From an uncultured delta proteobacterium (GTDB lineage Bacteria > Desulfobacterota > Binatia > UBA9968), in contig CAWDHA010000014.1 of assembly GCA_963801935.1 (NCBI GenBank), positions 6,608-70,607 on the forward strand: 64,000 nucleotides of DNA. Direction: 5' to 3'. Each line of letters opens with the position of its first letter. Within the stretch, counting starts at the first letter, position 1. The notes below the pieces were generated by a model. It made no database searches. It had not been told where the DNA came from and saw nothing but the letters and a program-made list of their open reading frames with translations. The position numbers and the translations under genes are program-made. Of this stretch, positions 26,405 to 34,870 are shown piece by piece.

Positions 26405-28069
26405 ATGACTCAAGAGTTTACGACAGAGGAAAGCGAAAGTCTCGCGCCGTTTTTCACTAATCTCGACAGAAACATCTTCGGTCTCAAACTGCCGCAGGAG
26501 GTTGCCGGCGCGCTGTTCTCGCGTTACAGCCGCTCGAGCAAGAGCCTGCGGCGCACTTTTCTCGACGAATTTCTCGGCGACCCCGAGCTCGAGCTCAAAG
26601 GTTTGATCGGGGCGCAGACTTCCGCCAGTGGCGACAGCGCGGCGCTCAAGAAAGCGCGCGCGTTCTATGACCGCGTACTGGTTGGCTACGGCGACGACTC
26701 GGTCGCGCAATTGGGCGGCGCACATATCGCCTGCGAGAACATTTCCAACGTTGCCGCGAAGCTTCTGGAAGACGCGCGCATCGGCATCGCGCCGCTGGAG
26801 AAATCGACGCGCTACGTGCGTTTCGACCAGAAAGACGCGAACGGCGATTATCTGTTTTGTCGCGAGCCGAAGATCATGGCGTCACGCCACCGCGATGAGT
26901 ATCTCCGTGTCATGAATCTGCTTTTCGACACGTATTCGCGTCAGATGGAGCCGATGCTCGAATGCATCGCCAGGTCGCTTCCCATTGAGCAAGTGGAAGT
27001 AAGAGACCCGGCGACCGGCAAGGGACTGAGCTACGATGCGGTCAAGAGCGATGACCGCCTGAGACGCTGGGCGGACACGGCTTATCGAGCGACGGTGCGG
27101 GCGCACGCCTGCGACGTGCTGCGCAGTTATCTGCCGGCCGCGACTTTGACCAACGTCGGCATCTTCGGCGTCGGCCAGGCCTTTGAGTATCTGATCAGCA
27201 AAATGTATTCGCACGAGCTGAGCGAGGCGAAGGATCTGGCAGCGGCGATGCACGGCGAGCTCAACCAGCTCATCCCGTCGTTTGTGAAGCGGGCGCAGTT
27301 CAATGAATATTTGGCTGACACATCGACGATGGCAAAACAGCTCGCGCAGAAGTGCTTGAAGGCTGGTCCCGTGAACACCACCGGACCGGTGACGTTGATC
27401 GACTATGACGAGCAAGCCGAAGAAAAAATCATCGCCGCGATTCTGTACCCGCACGCGCGCCACCCGCTAGAGCAGCTTCGCCAAGTCGCCGCCGGAATGA
27501 CCCACGTGCAGCGGCGCCAAATACTACAGGAGCACTTCGCAAAGAGGCGTAACCGCCGTGATAAACCGGGCCGGGCCTTCGAAAACGTTTATTACACATT
27601 CGATGTTCTGGGTAATCTCGGCCTCTATCGCGACCTTCACCGCCACCGAATTCTTACTCAGGAGCGCCAGGAGTTTACGACGGCCCACGGCTACGACACG
27701 CCGCCGGAAATAGAAGAGGCCGGCTTCAAGGACGAATTCGATGAATGCATGAAGCAGGCGACGGGACTCTATGAAAAGATCCACCGCGATCTTCCCATCG
27801 AATCGCAATACATTGTCCCGTTCGCCTACAAGGTCCGCTGGTACATGAAAATGAACCTGCGCGAAGCTGTGCACATGTGCGAGCTCCGCACCATGCCCCA
27901 AGGTCATCCCGATTATCGCTTCGTCTGCCAAGAGATGTGGCGCAAAATTCAGGAAGTCCACCCATCGTTAGCCGAGTGCGGCAAGTTCATTGACCGGAAG
28001 AGCTATCGTCTTGGACGACTGCAGTCCGAGATGCGCACGGAGTACAAGAAGTCCGCCTGGGAGAAATGA
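26405..28069 (+). CDS. Double-length ThyX-like (FAD-dependent thymidylate synthase family) protein
   Basis: 554 aa. The ThyX-type motif is in the C-terminal half (YRDLHRHRILTQERQ), with a degenerate counterpart in the N-terminal half (ALFSRYSRSSKSLR). Confidence 0.65.
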   Translation: MTQEFTTEESESLAPFFTNLDRNIFGLKLPQEVAGALFSRYSRSSKSLRRTFLDEFLGDPELELKGLIGAQTSASGDSAALKKARAFYDRVLVGYGDDSVAQLGGAHIACENISNVAAKLLEDARIGIAPLEKSTRYVRFDQKDANGDYLFCREPKIMASRHRDEYLRVMNLLFDTYSRQMEPMLECIARSLPIEQVEVRDPATGKGLSYDAVKSDDRLRRWADTAYRATVRAHACDVLRSYLPAATLTNVGIFGVGQAFEYLISKMYSHELSEAKDLAAAMHGELNQLIPSFVKRAQFNEYLADTSTMAKQLAQKCLKAGPVNTTGPVTLIDYDEQAEEKIIAAILYPHARHPLEQLRQVAAGMTHVQRRQILQEHFAKRRNRRDKPGRAFENVYYTFDVLGNLGLYRDLHRHRILTQERQEFTTAHGYDTPPEIEEAGFKDEFDECMKQATGLYEKIHRDLPIESQYIVPFAYKVRWYMKMNLREAVHMCELRTMPQGHPDYRFVCQEMWRKIQEVHPSLAECGKFIDRKSYRLGRLQSEMRTEYKKSAWEK

Positions 28070-28074
28070 CCAAA

Positions 28075-28169
28075 ATTGATTCTCGCGAACGTACTCTGGC
28101 TGTCGACGAGAACGCAGGAGTCTTAATTTCGCCTTCCAGCCAGATGAGCGGTTTGTCTGCCGAGGTCAC
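28075..28169 (-). pseudogene. Truncated RelE/HigB (Gp49-like) toxin remnant
   Basis: MTSADKPLIWLEGEIKTPAFSSTAR... resembles the N-terminus of Gp49/HigB-type toxins. The remainder is replaced by unrelated sequence running into the thyX-like 3' end. Confidence 0.3.
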
Positions 28170-28299
28170 TGATTTGATGTCAAATTTGACGTGTCGGCAA
28201 TGAGCATTGGTGCGGCTGCGCGTTACGGGTGGGATAAAACGTATCGGGAGTCATTCTCACCATGGAAGATAAAGCCTCGCAAAATTGTCTCTGCTTACT

Positions 28300-28745
28300 T
28301 CCGAGCATCCGGAGCGGCTTCGCAGCGTGGTCATCGCCGCCAGCGGCGGCGCCATCACCGACGAGGAGTTGCGCCAGCTCCGCGAGAAGACGGCGCTTCC
28401 TGGGTTTGCGAGCTGGCCCCGGACTTCCGAGAAACTGAGCATGGACTACATGGCGACCAATCCCGAAGTTCTGAAACGCTGGCTATAGATCCATTACAGC
28501 TTGCGACAGAGGGGGTGCGCCGGCGCGGCCCCAGCGCGTTCGAGAAGCTCGCGACGATTCGGGTGCCAACCTTGTTGATGCCCGGAGGTCAGGACCCGCA
28601 GACCCCGCCGTGGATCATGCGGCGATAGCTCGCTCATATCCCGGACACCAGTCATCGTGCTCCCGAACCCGCGCACTCGATTGATTGGGAGCAGCCCGAG
28701 GCCTTCACCCGCACCGTCCTGGAGTTTATCCGCACGCATTAGCCA
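28300..28745 (+). pseudogene. Decayed duplicate of the 3' ~440 bp of the alpha/beta hydrolase gene at 30214..31176
   Basis: CATCCGGAGCGG...GTCATCGCCGCCAGCGGCGGCGCCATCACCGACGAGGA...CGCACGCATTAGCC aligns with 30727-31176 but carries stops and indels. Confidence 0.85.
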
Positions 28746-28840
28746 ACAGCGGCACGAAAGATGGTCATTCTGATCACGTCCAGTGCAATTTAGGGTGGCT
28801 CGTATTGGAAGATGGTTCCAGACGTGGTATTTTTACTACC

Positions 28841-29107
28841 ATGAAAGCCACCATTGACGATGCTGGTAGATTGGTAATTCCAAAAGATATTCGCCGCGAA
28901 TCAGGCATAAAGCCGGGAATGCCGCTCGAGGTTCGTTGGGAAAACGGCACTATCGCGATTACTCCCGCCCCTTTACCGGTTAAACTTGAACGGAAAGGCC
29001 GACTGCTCGTGGCCGTTCCGACTAAGGATACTCCGAGCTTATCGACGGATACCGTGGAACGCACCCGAAAAAGGCTGCGCAAAGAGCGCTACGGTCCTTC
29101 CACCTAA
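28841..29107 (+). CDS. vapB: AbrB/SpoVT-family antitoxin (VapB-like)
   Basis: MKATIDDAGRLVIPKDIRRESGIKPGMPLEV...; the gene lies immediately upstream of a PIN gene. Confidence 0.75.
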   Translation: MKATIDDAGRLVIPKDIRRESGIKPGMPLEVRWENGTIAITPAPLPVKLERKGRLLVAVPTKDTPSLSTDTVERTRKRLRKERYGPST

Positions 29108-29109
29108 GC

Positions 29110-29553
29110 ATGCCACCCGCTTTTCTTCCGGATACAAGCTGTATGATTGCTGCGGTATGTTCGTGGCATGAACATCATGAGGCCGCTGCCAGTGAAATCG
29201 AGAGGCGGCTCGTCGGGCGCGCAAAGATGATCGTTGCGGCTCCGGCATTGGTTGAGGCGTATTCGGTGCTTACCCGACTTCCGCCGCCGCACCGCTTGTC
29301 TCCTGAGACGGCTCTAGCTCTGTTGGAGAATAATTTTTTGAAACCGGCGACAGTGATTGCGTTGAACGCAAAGTCGTACGAAACTCTTTTGGTGCGCGCT
29401 CCGAAAAACGGCGTGGCAGGTGGTCGTACCTACGACGCTGTAATCGGCGAATGCGCCGAACTGGGCAAAGCCTCGACCGTTCTAACTTTCAATGCCGGTG
29501 ACTTTAAGGCTCTCGGCAAAGACTTCGAGGTCGTGATTCCGGGAAGCGTTTAG
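29110..29553 (+). CDS. vapC: PIN-domain toxin (VapC-like)
   Basis: 147 aa with an N-terminal acidic residue in FLPDTSCMIAA and later YDAVIGECA. It starts 3 nt after the antitoxin stop. Confidence 0.7.
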   Translation: MPPAFLPDTSCMIAAVCSWHEHHEAAASEIERRLVGRAKMIVAAPALVEAYSVLTRLPPPHRLSPETALALLENNFLKPATVIALNAKSYETLLVRAPKNGVAGGRTYDAVIGECAELGKASTVLTFNAGDFKALGKDFEVVIPGSV

Positions 29554-29644
29554 GTCCAACGAAAAATGTTAAAAGTAAAAGACGCGACCCCATAGCTGGA
29601 CCCCATGCGGTTTTCAATCGTTCAAACATTGGGGTTTTTTCTTG

Positions 29645-29782
29645 TTATGTGGGTTTTTTGCGAAAGCCCCTTATGACCCATCCAATACACCAGCCTAGCC
29701 AGAGCCTAGCCACGGCGATGCGCGTATCCCGCACACGGGGTCTGCCGCCAAGATGATCGGGGTCGGAAACGATCCAGGTCAT
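29645..29782 (-). pseudogene. DUF433-like remnant
   Basis: MTWIVSDPDHLGGRPRVRDTRIAV... matches the DUF433 core (DPxxxxGxPxxxxTRIxV) and then degenerates. It is 45 aa, below the ORF-track cutoff. Confidence 0.3.
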
Positions 29783-30213
29783 AGTTTCCTCGGTAAAAGC
29801 AATCTACCACATGATGAAGCGGCACGCCACCGCCGCGCTTCATGTGCCCAGCAGCATCCAGAACAAATCAAAGCCTATCTGGGAATTCCAATAGAGGGAG
29901 ATCCATCCGATAAGGGTCGCCCGTTGGCGAGACGTCGGGGGCAAAGTCGCTTGCGGGAAAATACTGCCGAGGTGAAGGGTCAACGCGGGTTATTAGAAAT
30001 GTCTGATCACTTATTCAATCAAACGCGCTAGCGTTTCCCCTAACTCCCTATGATGCTATTTCTCGAACCGGTGCCAGTCGCGGTTTCGATTCAAGTCTTT
30101 TGAAATTGACATAACGCGAACTTCTCGGATACGTTCTGCCCAGAGATCGGGATATGGCCGAGTCTTTTTATTTAGCTGCTTGAAGATTCTGAAAACCGCT
30201 TATAACGAGTCGC

Positions 30214-31176
30214 GTGAGTGCTCGCGTCAATAAGACGTCGACCGGCGCTGATAAGTTGAAGCACTGGAGAAGTCTAATGAGTGTTACGCAGCTGATATTT
30301 ATTGTTTGTCTTATCGTTGCGGCGCTCCTGGGTCTCGATGCAGATGCCGGGTCGTTGTTTGTCGTGATGGGATTCGCGGCACAGGCTCCTAGCGCCGGGT
30401 TCGCGGGTTACGCGGATCTGCCGGGCGCGCGTCTCTGGTACACGGACAGCGGCGGTAGCGGCGCGCCGCTCGTATTGCTCCACGCGAACACCGGCAATGC
30501 CGACGGCTGGCAGTACAACATTCCGGGCCTGGTCGCGGCGGGATATCGGGTTATCGCTTTCGACCGGCGCGGGTGGGGCCGCAGTACTGCGAATCCGGAC
30601 AGTGGTCCTCAGCCCGGCACCATCGCGGATGATCTGCACGCCCTCGTAGAACACCTGGGACTCGAGCGATTTCATCTCGTCGGCGTCGCCGGCGGCGGCT
30701 TCGCGGCCTATGACTACGTTCTCTGGCATCCGGAGCGGGTTCGCAGTCTGGTCATCGCCGCCAGCGGCGGCGCCATCACCGACGAGGAATTGCGCCAGCT
30801 CCGCGAGAAGACGGCGCTTCCTGGGTTTGCGAGCTGGCCCCCGGAGTTTCGCGAAGTGAGTATGGGGTACATGGCGACAAACCCCGAGGGGTTAAAGCGC
30901 TGGCTTGAGATTCACCACCATTCGCAACAGAAAGGCGCGCCGGCGCAGCCCCAACGCGCGACGATCACGTTCGAGAAACTCGCGACGATTCGGGTGCCGA
31001 CCTTGCTGATGCCGGGAGACCAGGACCTGCAAACGCCGCCCTGGGTCATGCGGCGCCAGCTCGCCCATATCCCAGGCGCCCAGTTCATCGTCCTGCCCGA
31101 GGCCGCGCACTCGATCAACTGGGAGCAACCCGAGGCCTTCAATCGCAATGTCCTAGAGTTCATTCGCGCGCATTAG
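30214..31176 (+). CDS. Alpha/beta-fold hydrolase family protein with N-terminal TM/signal segment and an atypical nucleophile elbow
   Basis: …APLVLLHANTGN… and C-terminal EAAHSINWEQPE are present, but the elbow reads LVGVAGGGFA (Ala where GxSxG has Ser). An alternative start is at 30277 (MSVTQLIF...). Confidence 0.7.
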   Translation: MSARVNKTSTGADKLKHWRSLMSVTQLIFIVCLIVAALLGLDADAGSLFVVMGFAAQAPSAGFAGYADLPGARLWYTDSGGSGAPLVLLHANTGNADGWQYNIPGLVAAGYRVIAFDRRGWGRSTANPDSGPQPGTIADDLHALVEHLGLERFHLVGVAGGGFAAYDYVLWHPERVRSLVIAASGGAITDEELRQLREKTALPGFASWPPEFREVSMGYMATNPEGLKRWLEIHHHSQQKGAPAQPQRATITFEKLATIRVPTLLMPGDQDLQTPPWVMRRQLAHIPGAQFIVLPEAAHSINWEQPEAFNRNVLEFIRAH

Positions 31177-31221
31177 CCGGGAGCCGCGCGCAGACCGTCA
31201 TTCCGATAGAAAGACTCTCCG

Positions 31222-31620
31222 ATGAAAAAGATTCTGAGCGTTCTAAAAGCCGAGAGCGGTCACTGGGTCGGTGATGGCTTTCCCGTGCGCACGCTTTTTT
31301 CGTATGACGGCTCAGCCGAACAGCGCAGCCCTTTTTTACTGCTGGATTATGCCGGGGCAACGGAGTTTCCGCCGTCCGAAGCTCCGCCGCGCGGCGTCGG
31401 CACACATCCCATCGCCGCTTCGAAACCGTAACCGTAGTTTACCAGGGCGAGCTTGAGCATCGTGATTCCGCGGGTAACCACGGTAGCATCGGCCCCGGCG
31501 ACGTTCAGTGGATGACCGCGGCGTCGGGAATACTGCACGAAGAAAAACATTCGCGCGACCTCACCAAACGCGGCGGCACTTTGGAAATGGCGCAGCTCTG
31601 GGTGAACCTGCCAGCGCAGT
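31222..31620 (+). pseudogene. Pirin-family gene, frameshifted and 3'-truncated
   Basis: MKKILSVLKAESGHWVGDGFPVRTLF...SPFLLLDY is followed, in another frame, by [25 protein letters not shown]...[16 protein letters not shown]...QLWVNLPAQ. Similarity then ends, at about half the normal pirin length. Confidence 0.75.
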
Positions 31621-31830
31621 CTCTATCTCGCTGCCGCAATCGCGCTTCAGTTCCCGTTGGTAACGGCCGATGCCAAATTTTATCGCGCCGTCAGCAAAGG
31701 CCCCTTCGCAGCGCATCTTGTTTGGGTCGAGGACATCTCGCAATAGACTTATGAGAAACGTAAAAGACCAGCCGGCGACTCCGTCCAGCCAGAACGCAAG
31801 CGTCCCCGTGCCGGGGCGATAAGCTTAGTA

Positions 31831-31915
31831 GGTTCAAAAAGTTCCAGCAGTTCAATCGCTACGCTCGGGTCAAAGCGTTTCAACGAATTTAATGCTTTCG
31901 ACGTTTTGAATCTTC
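31831..31915. repeat. GTTCAA-type short-tandem-repeat hairpin
   Basis: GGTTCAAAAAGTTCCAGCAGTTCAATCGC...GCGTTTCAACGAATTTAATGCTTTCGACGTTTTGAATC. Confidence 0.55.
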
Positions 31916-31975
31916 CTCACCCGGCGCTTAATTTGCTACATTGTTTCTCTGGTTTCCCCGGACTATAAACTATCC

Positions 31976-33250
31976 ATGCGCTTGGAACTCGGCTGCTTCT
32001 ATATAAAAGACGTTCGCTTCGCTGCGCGGACTGTCATCGACAATGGTGTGCTGACCATCAACCGCGCGGAAGTCACCACGCTGCTCCAACAAGAAGCGCT
32101 GTTCGAACGCGTCGAAATCGAGATCGCTCACCCCGGCGAATCCTGCCGCATCTTGCACGTCTTGGACGTTCTCGAACCGCGCTACCGCTTGAATGGGCCA
32201 AACTTTCCCGGCGCCCTTGACGGCAACGGCCTGGTCGGCGACGGCGCGACTCGCGCTTTGAAGAACGTTGCCGTGATCGAGACCGATCAGACAGCGCCGC
32301 GCTCGCGCAGCCTGATCGACATGAGCGGGCCGGCGGCGGACTATTCGCCCATCGCCAACACGCATAACGTCGTCCTGCTGGCGTATCCCAAAAAAAACGT
32401 CGATAAAAATGACTATCGTTTAGCCGTCAAGAAAGCCGGTCTCAAAATCGCTTCCTGTCTCGCCGCCGCGGCGCAGGATTTACAACCTGACGAAACCCAG
32501 ATCTTCGAACTGCCGCCGGTAGCGGCGAATCAGGGGCCGAAGGAGCTGCCGCGCATCGCTTATATTTTTCCCATGCACTCGCACCAGCATCCGACCCAGC
32601 AGAAAGAGACGGTCTTTTACGGCAGCAACATCCAGGGCTTCATGCCCACCGTCGTCCATCCCAATGAAATTCTCGACGGCGCGCTGATGTTTTCCTACTC
32701 GGCATTTACCTGGTTTGCGCAGAACCATCCGGTGATCCTGGAGCTCTACCGCCGCCATGGTAAAGATCTCTGGTTCGCCGGCGTCGTCCTCACCGTGGCG
32801 CCAGCGGTGGTGTCGGAAAAGGAACGCAACGCATTTCTCAATGCCCGGCTCGCCAAGGAAGTGCTGAACGCCGACGGCATCCTCGCGACTAAAATCGGCG
32901 GCGGCGCCGTCGATACCGACTTGATGATGACCTACACGCGCGCTGAAGAGATGGGCATGAAGGCCGCGTTGATCATCATGGAGCGTTATCCCGACACCGG
33001 CATCACCTTCGTGCCGGAAAATGTCAATGCGCTGGTCACACCCGGGCTGACCCGCGACGCGATCACCCTGCCCGCGGTCGACCGCGTCATCGGCGGCGAG
33101 ACCTTGCACCTGGATAATTCCAATCCGGACAATACCAATCCGGCCATTGTTCCGCTTCCGGCGAAACAGGAAATCACCGTCTGGATGGGCGACCTGGTCG
33201 GCGCCATCAGCCAAACCGGCGCGTCACGGCTGACGACGTATATGAGTTAA
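31976..33250 (+). CDS. GrdE/PrdA-family protein (glycine/sarcosine/betaine reductase component B alpha/beta-like)
   Basis: 424 aa with the N-terminus MRLELGCFYIKDVRF...GVLTINR...IAHPGESCRILHVLDVLEPR and a central ...GFMPTVVHPNEILDGAL.... The gene pairs with a GrdB-like ORF. Confidence 0.65.
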   Translation: MRLELGCFYIKDVRFAARTVIDNGVLTINRAEVTTLLQQEALFERVEIEIAHPGESCRILHVLDVLEPRYRLNGPNFPGALDGNGLVGDGATRALKNVAVIETDQTAPRSRSLIDMSGPAADYSPIANTHNVVLLAYPKKNVDKNDYRLAVKKAGLKIASCLAAAAQDLQPDETQIFELPPVAANQGPKELPRIAYIFPMHSHQHPTQQKETVFYGSNIQGFMPTVVHPNEILDGALMFSYSAFTWFAQNHPVILELYRRHGKDLWFAGVVLTVAPAVVSEKERNAFLNARLAKEVLNADGILATKIGGGAVDTDLMMTYTRAEEMGMKAALIIMERYPDTGITFVPENVNALVTPGLTRDAITLPAVDRVIGGETLHLDNSNPDNTNPAIVPLPAKQEITVWMGDLVGAISQTGASRLTTYMS

Positions 33251-33251
33251 G

Positions 33252-33388
33252 AAAATCCGAAACTCCAAATCCGAAACAAATCCAAATGTTCAAGATTCAG
33301 GAAAATTTCAAACCCGCCCGTTTTGGATTTTGAAATTTGGCATTTGACTTTATTTATTTCGGATTTAGCGCTTCGGATTTTGCATTTT
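33252..33388. repeat. Imperfect palindrome built from AATCCGAAA-type short repeats
   Basis: AAAATCCGAAACTCCAAATCCGAAACAAATCCAAAT...TTTGGATTTTGAAATTTGG...TTTCGGATTTAGCGCTTCGGATTTTGCATTTTG. Confidence 0.7.
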
Positions 33389-33418
33389 GCAGTAACTAGA
33401 GTTTGGGAGTCATAAGAC

Positions 33419-34708
33419 ATGAGTCGAAAAATTCGCGTCGTTCACTACTTGAATCAATTCTTCGCCCAAGTCGGCGGCGAGGACAAAGGCGATGTCGGGC
33501 CAACCGTTAAAGCTGGTGTGATTGGTGCCGGCCGGGCGCTGCAGCAAGCGCTCGGCGAAGACGCCGAAGTGGTCGCGACGATTTATTGCGGCGACAACTA
33601 TTTCGCCGAGCATCAGGACCAGGTCATTTCCGAACTGCTCCAGCGAACAGCGGAATTCACGGCCGATCTACTCATCGCCGGACCGGCCTTCGAGAGCGGC
33701 CGTTACGGTGTCGCCTGCGGCGCGATTTGCCAAGCGGCGCAGCAAAAGCTCGGCATCGCCAGCGTTGCCGCCATGGATGAAGACAACGTCGGCGCCGGTT
33801 TGTATCGCAAAAATATTTACATCGTCAACTCCGGCGCGACCATCGCGCGCATGGTGCCAACTCTGCAACGCATGGCAGCTCTGGCATTGAAACTCGCGCG
33901 CCATGAAGCGGTCGGCAAACCGGCGGACGAAGGCTACCTGTCGCGCGGCATCAAGCGCAATGAATTCGCCGCCAAGCCGCCCGCCGAGCGTGCCGTCGAT
34001 ATGTTGCTCGCCAAGCTGGCCGGAAAAAAATTCGACTCCGAGATCGCCGCGCCGAAATTCACCAGCGGCAAACCGGCCGCGCCGCTTGGCGATTTGAAAT
34101 CGGCGGTGATCGCCCTGGTCACCGACGGCGGCCTGGTGCTGGAAGGGAACCCGGATAACATAGAGCCGGGACGGCCAACGCGTTTCACGACCATTCCGAT
34201 TCACAAAGTGAACACCCTTGCCGCCGACAAGTACGACGCCGTCCACTCCGGCTACGACACCGCCAGCGCCAACCTGGACCCCAATCGGCTGGTGCCCCTC
34301 GACACCATGCGCGAGCTCGCCCGCGAGGGCGTCATCGGCGCCGTCCATGAATTCATTCATTCCACCGGCGGCGCCCACGCCGCGGTGGATAACGCCGTGC
34401 AAATCGGCCGGCAAATCGCCGACCGGCTGAAAGCCGCCGGCGTCACCGGTGTGATCCTCACCTCCACTTGAGGCTCCAGCACTCGCTGCGGCGCAGCGAT
34501 CAGCAAGGAAATCGAAAAGCTGCAAATCCCGGTAACACAGATCTGCACCATGATTCCGGTGGCCAAAGAGGTCGGCTCGCTCCGCGCCATCGCCGCCGGC
34601 GGCATCGTCAGCCCAACCGGCAATCCCGAACTGTCACCGGAAAAAGAAAAACAGTTCCGGCGAGAACTGGTTTTGCGCGCATTGCAGACGCTACAGCAAG
34701 AAGTCTGA
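33419..34708 (+). CDS. GrdB-like selenoprotein (reductase protein B family) with Sec at codon 351
   Basis: MSRKIRVVHYLNQFFAQVGGEDKGD... then ...GVTGVILTST-[TGA 34469-34471]-GSSTRCGAAISKEIEKLQIPVTQICTMIPVA.... The frame stays open for 78 more codons to TGA at 34706-34708. Confidence 0.75.
34483..34499 (+). promoter_or_regulatory. Candidate bacterial SECIS hairpin
   Basis: UCGCUGC-GGC-GCAGCGA starts 11 nt after the UGA. It has the same GGC loop as the hairpin after the peroxiredoxin-like UGA. Confidence 0.4.
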
Positions 34709-34716
34709 GGCTAAAC

Positions 34717-34851
34717 ACAAAATCCAAATCTTGAAATCCGGAACAAATTAGAATGACTAAACTGCGGAAATCCCAAACCAGTCAGTTTTGAATTTTGCGC
34801 TTCGAATTTGACTTTAATTTGTTTCGGATTGGCTTCTTGGGATTTCGAATT
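34717..34851. repeat. Second AATCC(A/G)AA-type imperfect palindrome
   Basis: AAAATCCAAATCTTGAAATCCGGAACAAATT...TTTGAATTTTGCGCTTCGAATTTGAC...GTTTCGGATTGGCTTCTTGGGATTTCGAATT. Confidence 0.7.
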
Positions 34852-34870
34852 CTGCCTTCATGGAGTTCTT

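Noticed and set aside
28191-28628. 145-aa ORF spanning the hydrolase fragment.
   Set aside because: It reads the decayed duplicate in the wrong frame. The homologous frame is interrupted by stop codons, so the region is called a pseudogene fragment.
31745-31975. Glycine riboswitch upstream of the GrdE-like gene.
   Set aside because: No tandem aptamer consensus elements were seen (GGAGAG...CACCGAAGGGGCAA / ...CTCTGGAGAG...ACCG). The region is occupied by a GTTCAA-type hairpin instead.
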